A stretch of DNA of 64,000 bases from Bacteroidales bacterium (GTDB lineage Bacteria > Bacteroidota > Bacteroidia > Bacteroidales > P3): positions 2,296-66,295 of the forward strand of contig JAVBNF010000002.1 in assembly GCA_031551725.1 (NCBI GenBank), written 5' to 3'. The position numbers were made by a program, and so were the translations under genes. The notes beneath the pieces are model-generated. The model made no database searches. It saw nothing but the letters and a program-made list of their open reading frames with translations, and was not told the DNA's origin. This document shows, in pieces, positions 10,196 through 17,878 of the stretch. Position 1 is the first letter of the stretch; every line of letters begins with the position of its first letter.

Positions 10196-10370
10196 TAAAA
10201 AAAGCGTAAGCTTAAATTCTTGTAACGAAAACGGCCAAAATTTTCACAATCAAAGAATTCGTAAGCGATGCGCTCATGCTGTGTTCCGGCGTGAGTTGTG
10301 TCTTATTTTGATTGTGGGTGCTTGGCCGTACCTCGTTGCAAATAAGAATTCAACTCGCGCCTTTTTATTT
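10196..10370 (+). ncRNA. Conserved structured leader element, copy 1 (unassigned family), ending in a U-tract
   Basis: Aligns with 48384-48555. A 48-nt core is identical (10262-10309 = 48449-48496). Three flanking helices keep complementarity through compensatory changes. Confidence 0.55.
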
Positions 10371-10429
10371 ACATACAGCCCCTTCGGGGCTTGTTGGAAA
10401 TGAAATTAACAAACAAAATAAAACACAAC

Positions 10430-12727
10430 ATGAAAACAAATTTACAATTTCCGAATGCGGCCTGTACGGGTTACCCTTGCGGTTGCCCTGCCAATGAAAA
10501 TGCGCCATCGCTTGCTGTACGGGCACCCCTTGCGGTTGCCCCTTTGAACGACAATGTACGGGCGTATTGCATACGCCCATCAAAAGGGCACCCGCAAGGG
10601 GTGCCCCTACGATTTGCCCAATGGATTTTTCTGCAATTCTGCATTTTTGCATTTCTGCCCATTTTCGCTCAAACGGTTGGCACAACCAAAACCTTCACCG
10701 ATACTCGCGACGGACAAGAATACAAAGCCGTCTTCATGCCCGACGGACGCTGGTGGATGGCTGAAAATCTAAAATACCGCAAGGATTTGACAAATCCGGT
10801 GTTTTCGAATATGCCTGTCATTACCAATACACAAGCGAGTTTACAAGCACAGTATTACTGTCCCGGTTATGGTCCGCTTGTAGCGGGGGTTGGAGCTACA
10901 CAAGCAGATCCGGTGGCTTGCGAATATTGGGGAGTACTGTATCCTTGGTGGGCGGCAATGATGATTCGGAACGATGGAAGCGCGCCTTATTATTCTGATT
11001 TAGCAGGATCGCAAGGCATTTGTCCGCAAGGCTGGCACTTACCCAGCGATAAAGAATGGGGATATTTGTTAGATTCTGTGGAACGGAGTTTTAATCCGGC
11101 TTACGCGCTTTTACATACGACAACGACAACCGCTTATTACGGAACAACTTCAACCAACAAAGCTGGTTCTTATCTGAAATCAAGCAGTGTGCAAGCCGGA
11201 AATTGTGAAGAATGCAATCCTAAATGGATTTCGGGCACTTCAACTGATAACTATGGTTTCAATGTAATCCCAACAGGCTATAGAACCTGGAATGGCGCTT
11301 CGTATGTCGGCCGGGGAAGCGAAACCTATTTTTGGACATCCACCAAATCGACAACGGCTAATTATGCCATTTACAGAGGTTTCACGGCAGCAGAAGTCCG
11401 TGCAGGCCGCTGGGATGGATACGCTTCCTATGGGCTTTCTGTTCGTTGTGTAGAAGGAGGATATGCAAAGATAGAACTGACATTATGTCAAAGTAACGAC
11501 GTGTACGAGATAGCAGTGAAAAATTTTGTTAATTACACGAAATATGTTTTCAGCATTGATGATGTGGATCAAACTGAAAGTGTTGAGTCTTATCGCTTCT
11601 TTAAGTCTTCGGATCTTGGTAAAAGAATTAAGGTTAGAGGGTATACCACTGAAGGAGCTTGGAGTGCTGTTTCCGAAGAGTTAATTATTGGAGAAGCAAT
11701 GGATACAATTCCGAATGCACCTCGTTTAGCTGTGAACACAGGTTCTGCGACAGGGTACAATGTCGCAATAACTACGACGGCTACTGCTATTCCGGGATGT
11801 ATTGTAAATTTTTTAACCACAGCTTCCAATGGAGCTATTTCAGCAGCAAATACTTTGACTTATGGAGGGACTCAATATACCGTTTATGCAGCCAGCGTGA
11901 ATCTATCTAATGGTTGTGTCAGTTCCGATCGGGGAATGTCGACGGTTATTCTCTACTCGGGGAATTATGTGCAACGAAATTTAATTCCGGGTACCTATCA
12001 AATGGAATGCTGGGGGGCCAAAGGAGGTAATAATGTCGGCGGATACTATGGTACGGGAGGGAATGGAGGTTACACTAAAGGCTTGCTCACTCTTTCAAAT
12101 ACAGATACGGTTTACGTATATGTAGGAGCATTGGGGGTGAATGGCGTCACAGGAAATAATACATATACGTCTGCTATCTATAATGGTGGAGGGCAAGGAC
12201 GTAGTTCTTGCGATTATGATGATGGTGGAGGAGCTGGAGGTGGAGCATCTGATATACGTTTGCTTCCGGGGGCATGGAATTTATCAAGTGGATTGAAGAG
12301 TAGAATTATGGTTGCAGGTGGTGGTGGCGGCGGCGATATTGTGCAAGCGTATGCTGTTAGTGGTGCTCATGGAGGAGGATTGACAGGAGTTGGAAATGTA
12401 CAGTATTGGCCAAATGTTGTTGTAAGTGGAGCATCCGTTAATGGAACACAAACATCTGGTGCGAGTTTTGGAGGTGGTGGAATAGGCTGGTGTGGCAACG
12501 GCGGCGGCGGTGGCGGTTATTACGGCGGAAAAAGTAATGGTGGTGGTGGTGGTGGATCTGGTTTTATATCGGGTCATCTTGGATGTGATGCCATTACAAG
12601 TGAAACAGATGGAACGCATACCGGCCAACCTAATCACTATAGTGGACTGGTCTTTACAAATACCACCATGTCGGCAGGTGTTCGTAATAGCTATGGGTCG
12701 GTTGTCATTGTCCGCACTGGAAATTAA
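10430..12727 (+). CDS. Secreted FISUMP (Fibrobacter succinogenes major paralogous) domain protein with Ig-like middle region and C-terminal glycine-rich domain
   Basis: TFTDTRDGQEYKAVFMPDGRWWMAENLKY...YGLSVRCVEG is the TIGR02145-type signature. The C-terminus has GTYQMECWGAKGG...GGGAGGGASDIRL...VAGGGGGG glycine-rich repeats. ATG at 10430 was chosen by alignment with the paralogue start (AAAACACAACATGAAAACA). An in-frame GTG at 10601 is an alternative start. Confidence 0.8.
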   Translation: MKTNLQFPNAACTGYPCGCPANENAPSLAVRAPLAVAPLNDNVRAYCIRPSKGHPQGVPLRFAQWIFLQFCIFAFLPIFAQTVGTTKTFTDTRDGQEYKAVFMPDGRWWMAENLKYRKDLTNPVFSNMPVITNTQASLQAQYYCPGYGPLVAGVGATQADPVACEYWGVLYPWWAAMMIRNDGSAPYYSDLAGSQGICPQGWHLPSDKEWGYLLDSVERSFNPAYALLHTTTTTAYYGTTSTNKAGSYLKSSSVQAGNCEECNPKWISGTSTDNYGFNVIPTGYRTWNGASYVGRGSETYFWTSTKSTTANYAIYRGFTAAEVRAGRWDGYASYGLSVRCVEGGYAKIELTLCQSNDVYEIAVKNFVNYTKYVFSIDDVDQTESVESYRFFKSSDLGKRIKVRGYTTEGAWSAVSEELIIGEAMDTIPNAPRLAVNTGSATGYNVAITTTATAIPGCIVNFLTTASNGAISAANTLTYGGTQYTVYAASVNLSNGCVSSDRGMSTVILYSGNYVQRNLIPGTYQMECWGAKGGNNVGGYYGTGGNGGYTKGLLTLSNTDTVYVYVGALGVNGVTGNNTYTSAIYNGGGQGRSSCDYDDGGGAGGGASDIRLLPGAWNLSSGLKSRIMVAGGGGGGDIVQAYAVSGAHGGGLTGVGNVQYWPNVVVSGASVNGTQTSGASFGGGGIGWCGNGGGGGGYYGGKSNGGGGGGSGFISGHLGCDAITSETDGTHTGQPNHYSGLVFTNTTMSAGVRNSYGSVVIVRTGN
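10464..10610. repeat. Cluster of four GTACGGGC-type palindromic (REP-like) units inside the 5' coding region
   Basis: Units at 10464-10488, 10517-10542, 10556-10578 and 10586-10610 (the last inverted). Same family as 17229-17253 and 30267-30290. Confidence 0.8.
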
Positions 12728-12870
12728 AAAATATATTTTGCAAACAAGGTGTTTTTGGTTCATCACGCCCGCGAATCTGCTGTTTGCGGGCGAAAAATTC
12801 AAGGACAAACAGGTGGTTTGGTAAACCGCACGCGTTGCGGTGGACATTGTTGAAAGGGTTTGTTTTTCTT

Positions 12871-12898
12871 GTAGAGACGTTGCATGCAACGTCTCTAC
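12871..12898. repeat. Perfect 28-nt palindrome GTAGAGACGTTGCATGCAACGTCTCTAC
   Basis: Self-complementary sequence read directly. Confidence 0.85.
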
Positions 12899-12905
12899 GT
12901 CATTG

Positions 12906-12931
12906 TCGCCGGTTTTAACCGGCGATTTTTT
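12906..12931 (+). terminator. Intrinsic terminator-like hairpin TCGCCGGTTTTAACCGGCGA followed by a T-run
   Basis: 8-bp GC-rich stem followed by TTTTTT. Confidence 0.6.
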
Positions 12932-13007
12932 CATGCCTAAATTCTCTATTTTTGAAAAATTGTCTCTTCATTAACAATTAACCATTAATAATTAATAATT
13001 ATTTTTG

Positions 13008-13015
13008 TATCTTTG
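13008..13015 (+). promoter_or_regulatory. -7 promoter box TATCTTTG for dnaX
   Basis: TAnnTTTG match 9 nt upstream of the ATG, implying a very short leader. Confidence 0.5.
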
Positions 13016-13023
13016 CATCTGCT

Positions 13024-14760
13024 ATGGAAAACTACATCGTATCCGCCAGAAAATATCGTCCCGAAACATTCGATACTGTTGTTGGGCAGTCTGCCATTAC
13101 CACAACGCTGAAAAACGCCATCAAAAGCGGACATTTGGCGCAAGCTTTCTTGTTTTGCGGTCCGCGTGGAGTAGGTAAGACTACTTGTGCGCGTATTTTG
13201 GCCAAAACCATCAACTGTTTGAATCCGACGGAAGATATGGAAGCCTGTGGCGAATGCGAATCCTGTGTAAGTTTCAAAAACTCGAACTCCTATAATATTT
13301 ACGAACTCGATGCCGCTTCAAACAACTCTGTGGACGACATCCGCAGTTTGGTTGAACAAGTGCGTATTCCGCCCCAAGTTGGCAAATACAAGATCTATAT
13401 CATCGATGAGGTTCACATGTTGTCGCAAGCCGCTTTCAACGCGTTCTTGAAAACACTGGAAGAACCGCCGGCTTATGCCAAATTTATTTTGGCCACGACC
13501 GAAAAACATAAAATTATCCCAACTATTTTGTCGCGTTGTCAAATATTTGATTTCAAACGCATCAAAATCGAAGATATTGCAGGACATTTGGCCAATATCG
13601 CTGCCAAAGAAGGCGTAACGGCCGAGCCCGACGCTCTACATATCATCGCTCAAAAAGCCGATGGTGGTTTGCGCGATGCCTTGTCCATGTTCGACCAGTT
13701 GGTCAGCTTCGCCGGAAATCATTTGACTTACGACCGCATCATTGATAACTTGAACGTTCTCGATTACGATTATTATTTCAAAATTGTAGATGCTTTCCTT
13801 GCCGGAGATGTTTCTACTTGCTTGATTTTGTTCAATCAAGTTATGGAGCGCGGTTTCGATGGACAGCATTTCATTACTGGTCTTGGCGAACATTTGCGCA
13901 ATCTTTTGGTTTGCAAAGATCCCGGAACAATTGAATTGATTGAAGTAGGGGAGAATATTAAAGAAAAATATTTGAAACAATCGCAAACATGCACGGTGCC
14001 TTTTATCATCAAAGCGCTTGACGTGAATAACCAATGCGATCAGAACTATAAAGGAAGCAACAACAAACGCTTGTGTATCGAAATAGCATTGATGAAAATC
14101 TGTTCATTTCAAATGCAAATGAACGATGTGCCTGCGCAACCGGTTTCTATTCCGCACCCCACACCCCGTACCTCGAACCCTGTACCCGCTCATCCGGATG
14201 GACACGCTACGCAAGCCATTACGCCCCCTCAACCATTATCAACTCCGGTTCAAAATATTGAACCGCTCCAATCCTCAACCTCCAATCCTCAACCCTCGTT
14301 CCGAAGCTCCACGCCCTCATTAAAAAACATCGGTCAACCCACCGAGGACGAAAAAAAAAAATCAATAATTGAGGAAGTTGCTCCAGTCGAAAACAAACCG
14401 CTTTCAAAAAATACCCTCGAAGCGCTGATTTTGGAATTTGCCAAACAAATTGAAACAACATCTCCTTCTACATCAAGCGTTTTAATCGCTTCAAATCCAA
14501 CTATCGACGAACGAAATCTTATTTGCCTGGAAGTCGTAAATCGCATTCAAGAGTCAGATATAAAGGATGTTCGATTGGATTTATTAGGGTTTTTGAAAAA
14601 ACGTGCAGAAAATAATTTATTGCAAATTGAAATAAAAATCAACGAGCAACGCACCAAAGAAGTTTTATACTCTCCTCAAGATAAGTACAACAAAATGAAA
14701 GAGGAAAATCCTCATTTATCCGAATTACGTAAGGCGTTAGACTTGGACTTGGAACTCTAA
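13024..14760 (+). CDS. dnaX: DNA polymerase III subunit gamma/tau
   Basis: ARKYRPETFDTVVGQ, Walker A GPRGVGKTT, zinc module CGECESC. Low-complexity P/S/T-rich linker. Confidence 0.9.
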   Translation: MENYIVSARKYRPETFDTVVGQSAITTTLKNAIKSGHLAQAFLFCGPRGVGKTTCARILAKTINCLNPTEDMEACGECESCVSFKNSNSYNIYELDAASNNSVDDIRSLVEQVRIPPQVGKYKIYIIDEVHMLSQAAFNAFLKTLEEPPAYAKFILATTEKHKIIPTILSRCQIFDFKRIKIEDIAGHLANIAAKEGVTAEPDALHIIAQKADGGLRDALSMFDQLVSFAGNHLTYDRIIDNLNVLDYDYYFKIVDAFLAGDVSTCLILFNQVMERGFDGQHFITGLGEHLRNLLVCKDPGTIELIEVGENIKEKYLKQSQTCTVPFIIKALDVNNQCDQNYKGSNNKRLCIEIALMKICSFQMQMNDVPAQPVSIPHPTPRTSNPVPAHPDGHATQAITPPQPLSTPVQNIEPLQSSTSNPQPSFRSSTPSLKNIGQPTEDEKKKSIIEEVAPVENKPLSKNTLEALILEFAKQIETTSPSTSSVLIASNPTIDERNLICLEVVNRIQESDIKDVRLDLLGFLKKRAENNLLQIEIKINEQRTKEVLYSPQDKYNKMKEENPHLSELRKALDLDLEL

Positions 14761-14799
14761 GCACTTTCAAAAAAACTTGCTTTTCTCGAAAAAAAACAG

Positions 14800-14807
14800 T
14801 ACTTTTG
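14800..14807 (+). promoter_or_regulatory. -7 promoter box TACTTTTG
   Basis: TAnnTTTG match upstream of 14841. Confidence 0.45.
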
Positions 14808-14840
14808 CAAAGAACCCTCTTGTAAAAGAATTTCTCATAA

Positions 14841-15140
14841 ATGGAAGATTTAATTGCTTTATTTTCAGGCGTAGATTATAAGATCAGGAAATTAATCCAA
14901 GCCAATGAACAATTACGGCGCGAGCGTTCTGTTTTGGAAATAAAATTACAAGAGCAAGAATTAGTAATTAATAATCAAAAACATAAAATAACCGAACTGG
15001 AGAATAAAGTAAACGTGTTAAAGATAAGCACGGGTTTAGCGTCCGAAAAGGACAACTCCAAAGCCAAAAAAGCGATCAACGAACTGATAAAAGACATTGA
15101 TAAATGTATCAGTTTTTTAGATAAAGAAAACCATGGATGA
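14841..15140 (+). CDS. Small coiled-coil protein (hypothetical; upstream partner of zapA)
   Basis: Heptad-rich sequence LRRERSVLEIKLQEQELVINNQKHKITELENKVNVLK. Overlaps the zapA start. Confidence 0.55.
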   Translation: MEDLIALFSGVDYKIRKLIQANEQLRRERSVLEIKLQEQELVINNQKHKITELENKVNVLKISTGLASEKDNSKAKKAINELIKDIDKCISFLDKENHG

Positions 15141-15426
15141 AATTTCAATAACCGTTAATCTGGCCGATCGTCCATATAAATTGATCATCAAAAGAGACGA
15201 AGAAGAGGTGTTTAGAGAAGCTGCTAAAATCATCAACGACCGATTGAAAAGCTACTCAACAAACTACGCCTTTAAGGACAGACAGGATTTATTAGCCATG
15301 GTTGCGCTACAATATACGACCAATGCGTTGAAGAATGAAAAAGTAATCGCATTCAGAGATACTGAACTGATTAGCCGCCTTCAACAACTGGATAATACTT
15401 TGGACAAAGAACTTGCTCGTGATTAG
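15133..15426 (+). CDS. zapA: Cell division protein ZapA
   Basis: ISITVNLADRPYKLIIKRDEEE...LLAMVALQY resembles the ZapA family. Sits upstream of rny. Confidence 0.7.
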   Translation: MDEISITVNLADRPYKLIIKRDEEEVFREAAKIINDRLKSYSTNYAFKDRQDLLAMVALQYTTNALKNEKVIAFRDTELISRLQQLDNTLDKELARD

Positions 15427-15437
15427 TATTTTGAACT

Positions 15438-15630
15438 CTTGCCGCATCTGTGCAGAATTCAGTTTGTAAACTCAACATTTTTACAATTAGGGTTATGCTC
15501 AGAGTTGGGAAAACAGGCCGTGACTCGTAGAGTTGCACTTTGTGCACAACGGAAGTTTGAAAAACAAGGCGCCCTATGAATTTCATTTTTGGAGTTTATT
15601 CAAAACTCAACGTATGGGTGCGGCTTTTTT
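15438..15630 (+). ncRNA. Candidate ~190-nt sRNA, 6S-like by size, rod-like pairing and position downstream of zapA
   Basis: 5' GCCGCA...AGTTT.TAAACTC pairs in order with 3' GAGTTTA..AAACT...TGCGGC, followed by TTTTTT. No ORF. Imperfect -7-like box at 15427-15433. Confidence 0.4.
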
Positions 15631-15682
15631 ACCGCTCGCGTTTGCAAATTTAACAGTTCCCTAAAAAACTTTTTTAACATTT

Positions 15683-17221
15683 ATGGATACATTTACCCTC
15701 ATCATCGCTCTTGTCTGTTTCGCCGCCGGCTTAGGACTTTGGGCGCTCATCAGCCACTTGCTTTTAAAACTAAAAGTACAACGCATATTGAAAGAAGCCG
15801 ACGAAAAAGCTGAAATTATTAAAAAACAACGAATCTTAGAAGCAAAGGAAAACTTCTTACAACAAAAAGCCGAACACGAAAAACAGGTTAACGAAAGAAA
15901 TAACAAAGTTCAACAAGGCGAAACCCGCATCAAACAAAAAGAAACAACGCTTAATCAAAAGATAGAAGAAAATCAACGTAAACAAAACGAACTCCAATCG
16001 CAAAAAGATAAACTCAACGCGCAAATGGAGATGGTTGCCAAAAAGCAAAGCGATCTCGACCGTTTGCACAAGCAAAACGTTGAAAAGCTCGAAACCGTTG
16101 CCAATCTTTCTGCCGAAGATGCCATAAAAGAATTGGTGGAAACCCTACAGGAAGAAGCTAAAGCGGAAGCGCTCAGCCGTATCAAAGATATTGTGGACGA
16201 AGCTCGCATGACTGCCGGTAAAGAAGCGAAGAAGATTGTTATCGAAACTATTCAACGTACTGCTACCGAGCATGCTGTTGAAAATACGGTTTCCGTTTTT
16301 AACATTGAAAATGAAGAAGTAAAAGGCCGTATCATCGGTCGCGAAGGTCGTAACATCCGCACACTGGAGTCGTTGACAGGCGTGGAAATTATCATCGACG
16401 ATTCGCCGGATGCAATTATCCTTTCCGGTTTTGACCCCGTACGTCGTGAAATTGCACGTCTTTCCCTACATAAATTGGTTACCGATGGACGTATTCACCC
16501 TGCACGTATTGAAGAAGTAGTTGCGAAAACGCAGAAACAAATCGAACAGGAAATTATCGAAATTGGTAAGAAGACCTGTATTGACTTGGGAATTCTAAAC
16601 ATGCACAGCGAATTGATGCGTATGGTTGGACGTATGAAATATCGTTCTTCATACGGTCAAAATCTTTTGCAACACTCGCGCGAAACAGCAAATATGTGTG
16701 CAATTATGGCATCTGAGTTAGGATTAAATCCGAAAATCGCCAAACGTGCCGGATTGCTTCACGATATTGGAAAAGTGCCTGATAACGAACCTGAATTGCC
16801 GCACGCAATTTTAGGCATGAAATTGGCTGAAAAATTCAAAGAACGTCCTGACATTTGCAATGCTATTGGTGCTCACCACGACGAAGTGGAAATGGATAAT
16901 TTGATTTCGCCGATTGTACAGGTTTGCGATGCTATTTCCGGTGCCCGGCCGGGTGCTCGCCGCGAAGTGGTGGAAGCATACATCAACCGTCTGAACAACT
17001 TGGAAGCAATGGCTTATACCTATCCGGGAGTGATAAAAACTTATGCTATTCAAGCAGGTCGCGAATTACGCGTGATTGTCGGCGCAGAAAAAGTGTCTGA
17101 TGCCGAAGCAACGCAAATATCCTTGGATTTATCAAAGAAAATTCAAGAAGAAATGACGTACCCCGGACAAATTAAAGTAACTGTAATCCGCGAAACACGC
17201 GCGGTGAATTTTGCAAAATAA
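15683..17221 (+). CDS. rny: Ribonuclease Y
   Basis: N-terminal TM helix, long coiled coil, KH domain ([12 protein letters not shown]), HD domain (LLHDIGK). Confidence 0.95.
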   Translation: MDTFTLIIALVCFAAGLGLWALISHLLLKLKVQRILKEADEKAEIIKKQRILEAKENFLQQKAEHEKQVNERNNKVQQGETRIKQKETTLNQKIEENQRKQNELQSQKDKLNAQMEMVAKKQSDLDRLHKQNVEKLETVANLSAEDAIKELVETLQEEAKAEALSRIKDIVDEARMTAGKEAKKIVIETIQRTATEHAVENTVSVFNIENEEVKGRIIGREGRNIRTLESLTGVEIIIDDSPDAIILSGFDPVRREIARLSLHKLVTDGRIHPARIEEVVAKTQKQIEQEIIEIGKKTCIDLGILNMHSELMRMVGRMKYRSSYGQNLLQHSRETANMCAIMASELGLNPKIAKRAGLLHDIGKVPDNEPELPHAILGMKLAEKFKERPDICNAIGAHHDEVEMDNLISPIVQVCDAISGARPGARREVVEAYINRLNNLEAMAYTYPGVIKTYAIQAGRELRVIVGAEKVSDAEATQISLDLSKKIQEEMTYPGQIKVTVIRETRAVNFAK

Positions 17222-17228
17222 TTTTGTA

Positions 17229-17253
17229 GGGGCAGGCCTTGCGCCTGCCCTTT
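17229..17253. terminator. GTAGGGGCAGGC-CTTGC-GCCTGCCC hairpin between convergent genes (REP-like/bidirectional terminator)
   Basis: 8-bp GC stem followed by TTTAT, located between the rny stop and the thioesterase stop. Confidence 0.6.
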
Positions 17254-17277
17254 ATAAATTAGGCGTTCTGATTTTAT

Positions 17278-17682
17278 TTAAAATGCCGGACGCAATTTTT
17301 CCAAAAACCACTCCGGACAACGTCCCGGACGGCGAGAAACGGCATCAATAAAGATAAGAACAGTTTCTCCTGTATTTAAAAGATCGCCTTGCTCGTTGAA
17401 AATTTCATAAATAAAACGCATTCGGGTGCTCGGAAGTTCCGAGATTGTAGTACGAATGGTTAATTCGTTATCATAGCGCGCAGGACGTTTATAAACAATG
17501 TTCATCGAAATAACCGGCATCATCACACCACGCTCTTCCATTTCTCGGTAAGAAGTGTTTAATTGCCGCATGGCTTCAGTTCGCCCGACTTCATAGAAAG
17601 CAGGATAGTTGCCATAATAAACGAAGCCCATTTGATCAACTTCGGAATAACGAACGCGAATTTTGGTTTCAGAAACGAGCAT
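17278..17682 (-). CDS. Acyl-CoA thioesterase, 4HBT/YbgC family
   Basis: VRYSEVDQMGFVYYGNYPAFYEVGRTEAMR is the hot-dog fold signature. Start moved to the internal ATG (MLVSETK). Confidence 0.8.
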   Translation of the reverse strand: MLVSETKIRVRYSEVDQMGFVYYGNYPAFYEVGRTEAMRQLNTSYREMEERGVMMPVISMNIVYKRPARYDNELTIRTTISELPSTRMRFIYEIFNEQGDLLNTGETVLIFIDAVSRRPGRCPEWFLEKLRPAF

Positions 17683-17878
17683 GATAAAGTAAAATAAAGT
17701 TGATAAAAAGTTAACGCCTAAATTTACGAATTTTTTTTTGAAAAAACAATAGTAAAAAAGATTTGTTTTTAGAAAAAAAATTAACATATTTGCTGTACTG
17801 AAAAAATAAATCTAATATTTGAGATTCCGCTTGGATATTAGGGATTTAAAAAAACAACGACAGAAAAAAAGATTTAAT

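Noticed and set aside
10196-10370. The conserved hairpin element as a MITE or retron msr/msd
   Set aside because: Its position relative to the promoter and ATG is the same in both copies, and the downstream linker and first codons are co-conserved. There are no target-site duplications and no adjacent reverse transcriptase. A leader RNA is the simpler reading, though a MITE origin cannot be excluded without a genome-wide search.
10430-12727. Diversity-generating retroelement (DGR) targeting the lectin-like FISUMP domains
   Set aside because: There is no reverse transcriptase ORF, no template repeat and no adenine-specific mismatch pattern between repeats anywhere in the window. The two FISUMP genes are ordinary diverged paralogues.
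17683-17878. oriC with DnaA-box cluster next to dnaA (also checked 19307-19691)
   Set aside because: Both flanks are AT-rich, but I found no TTATCCACA/TGTGGATAA-type boxes or clusters of close variants. The origin cannot be called from this window.
17819-17878. N-terminal extensions implied by TTG/GTG starts in the ORF track (dnaA 17819, rplV 33515, rpmC 35225, rpsK 43011, gldH 23300, thioesterase 17787, rarD 47077, plsC-like 57937, ORF6N 26336, FISUMP 10391)
   Set aside because: The extensions are K/N/F-rich translations of AT-rich intergenic DNA or of the upstream gene. Internal ATGs give N-termini matching the conserved family starts.
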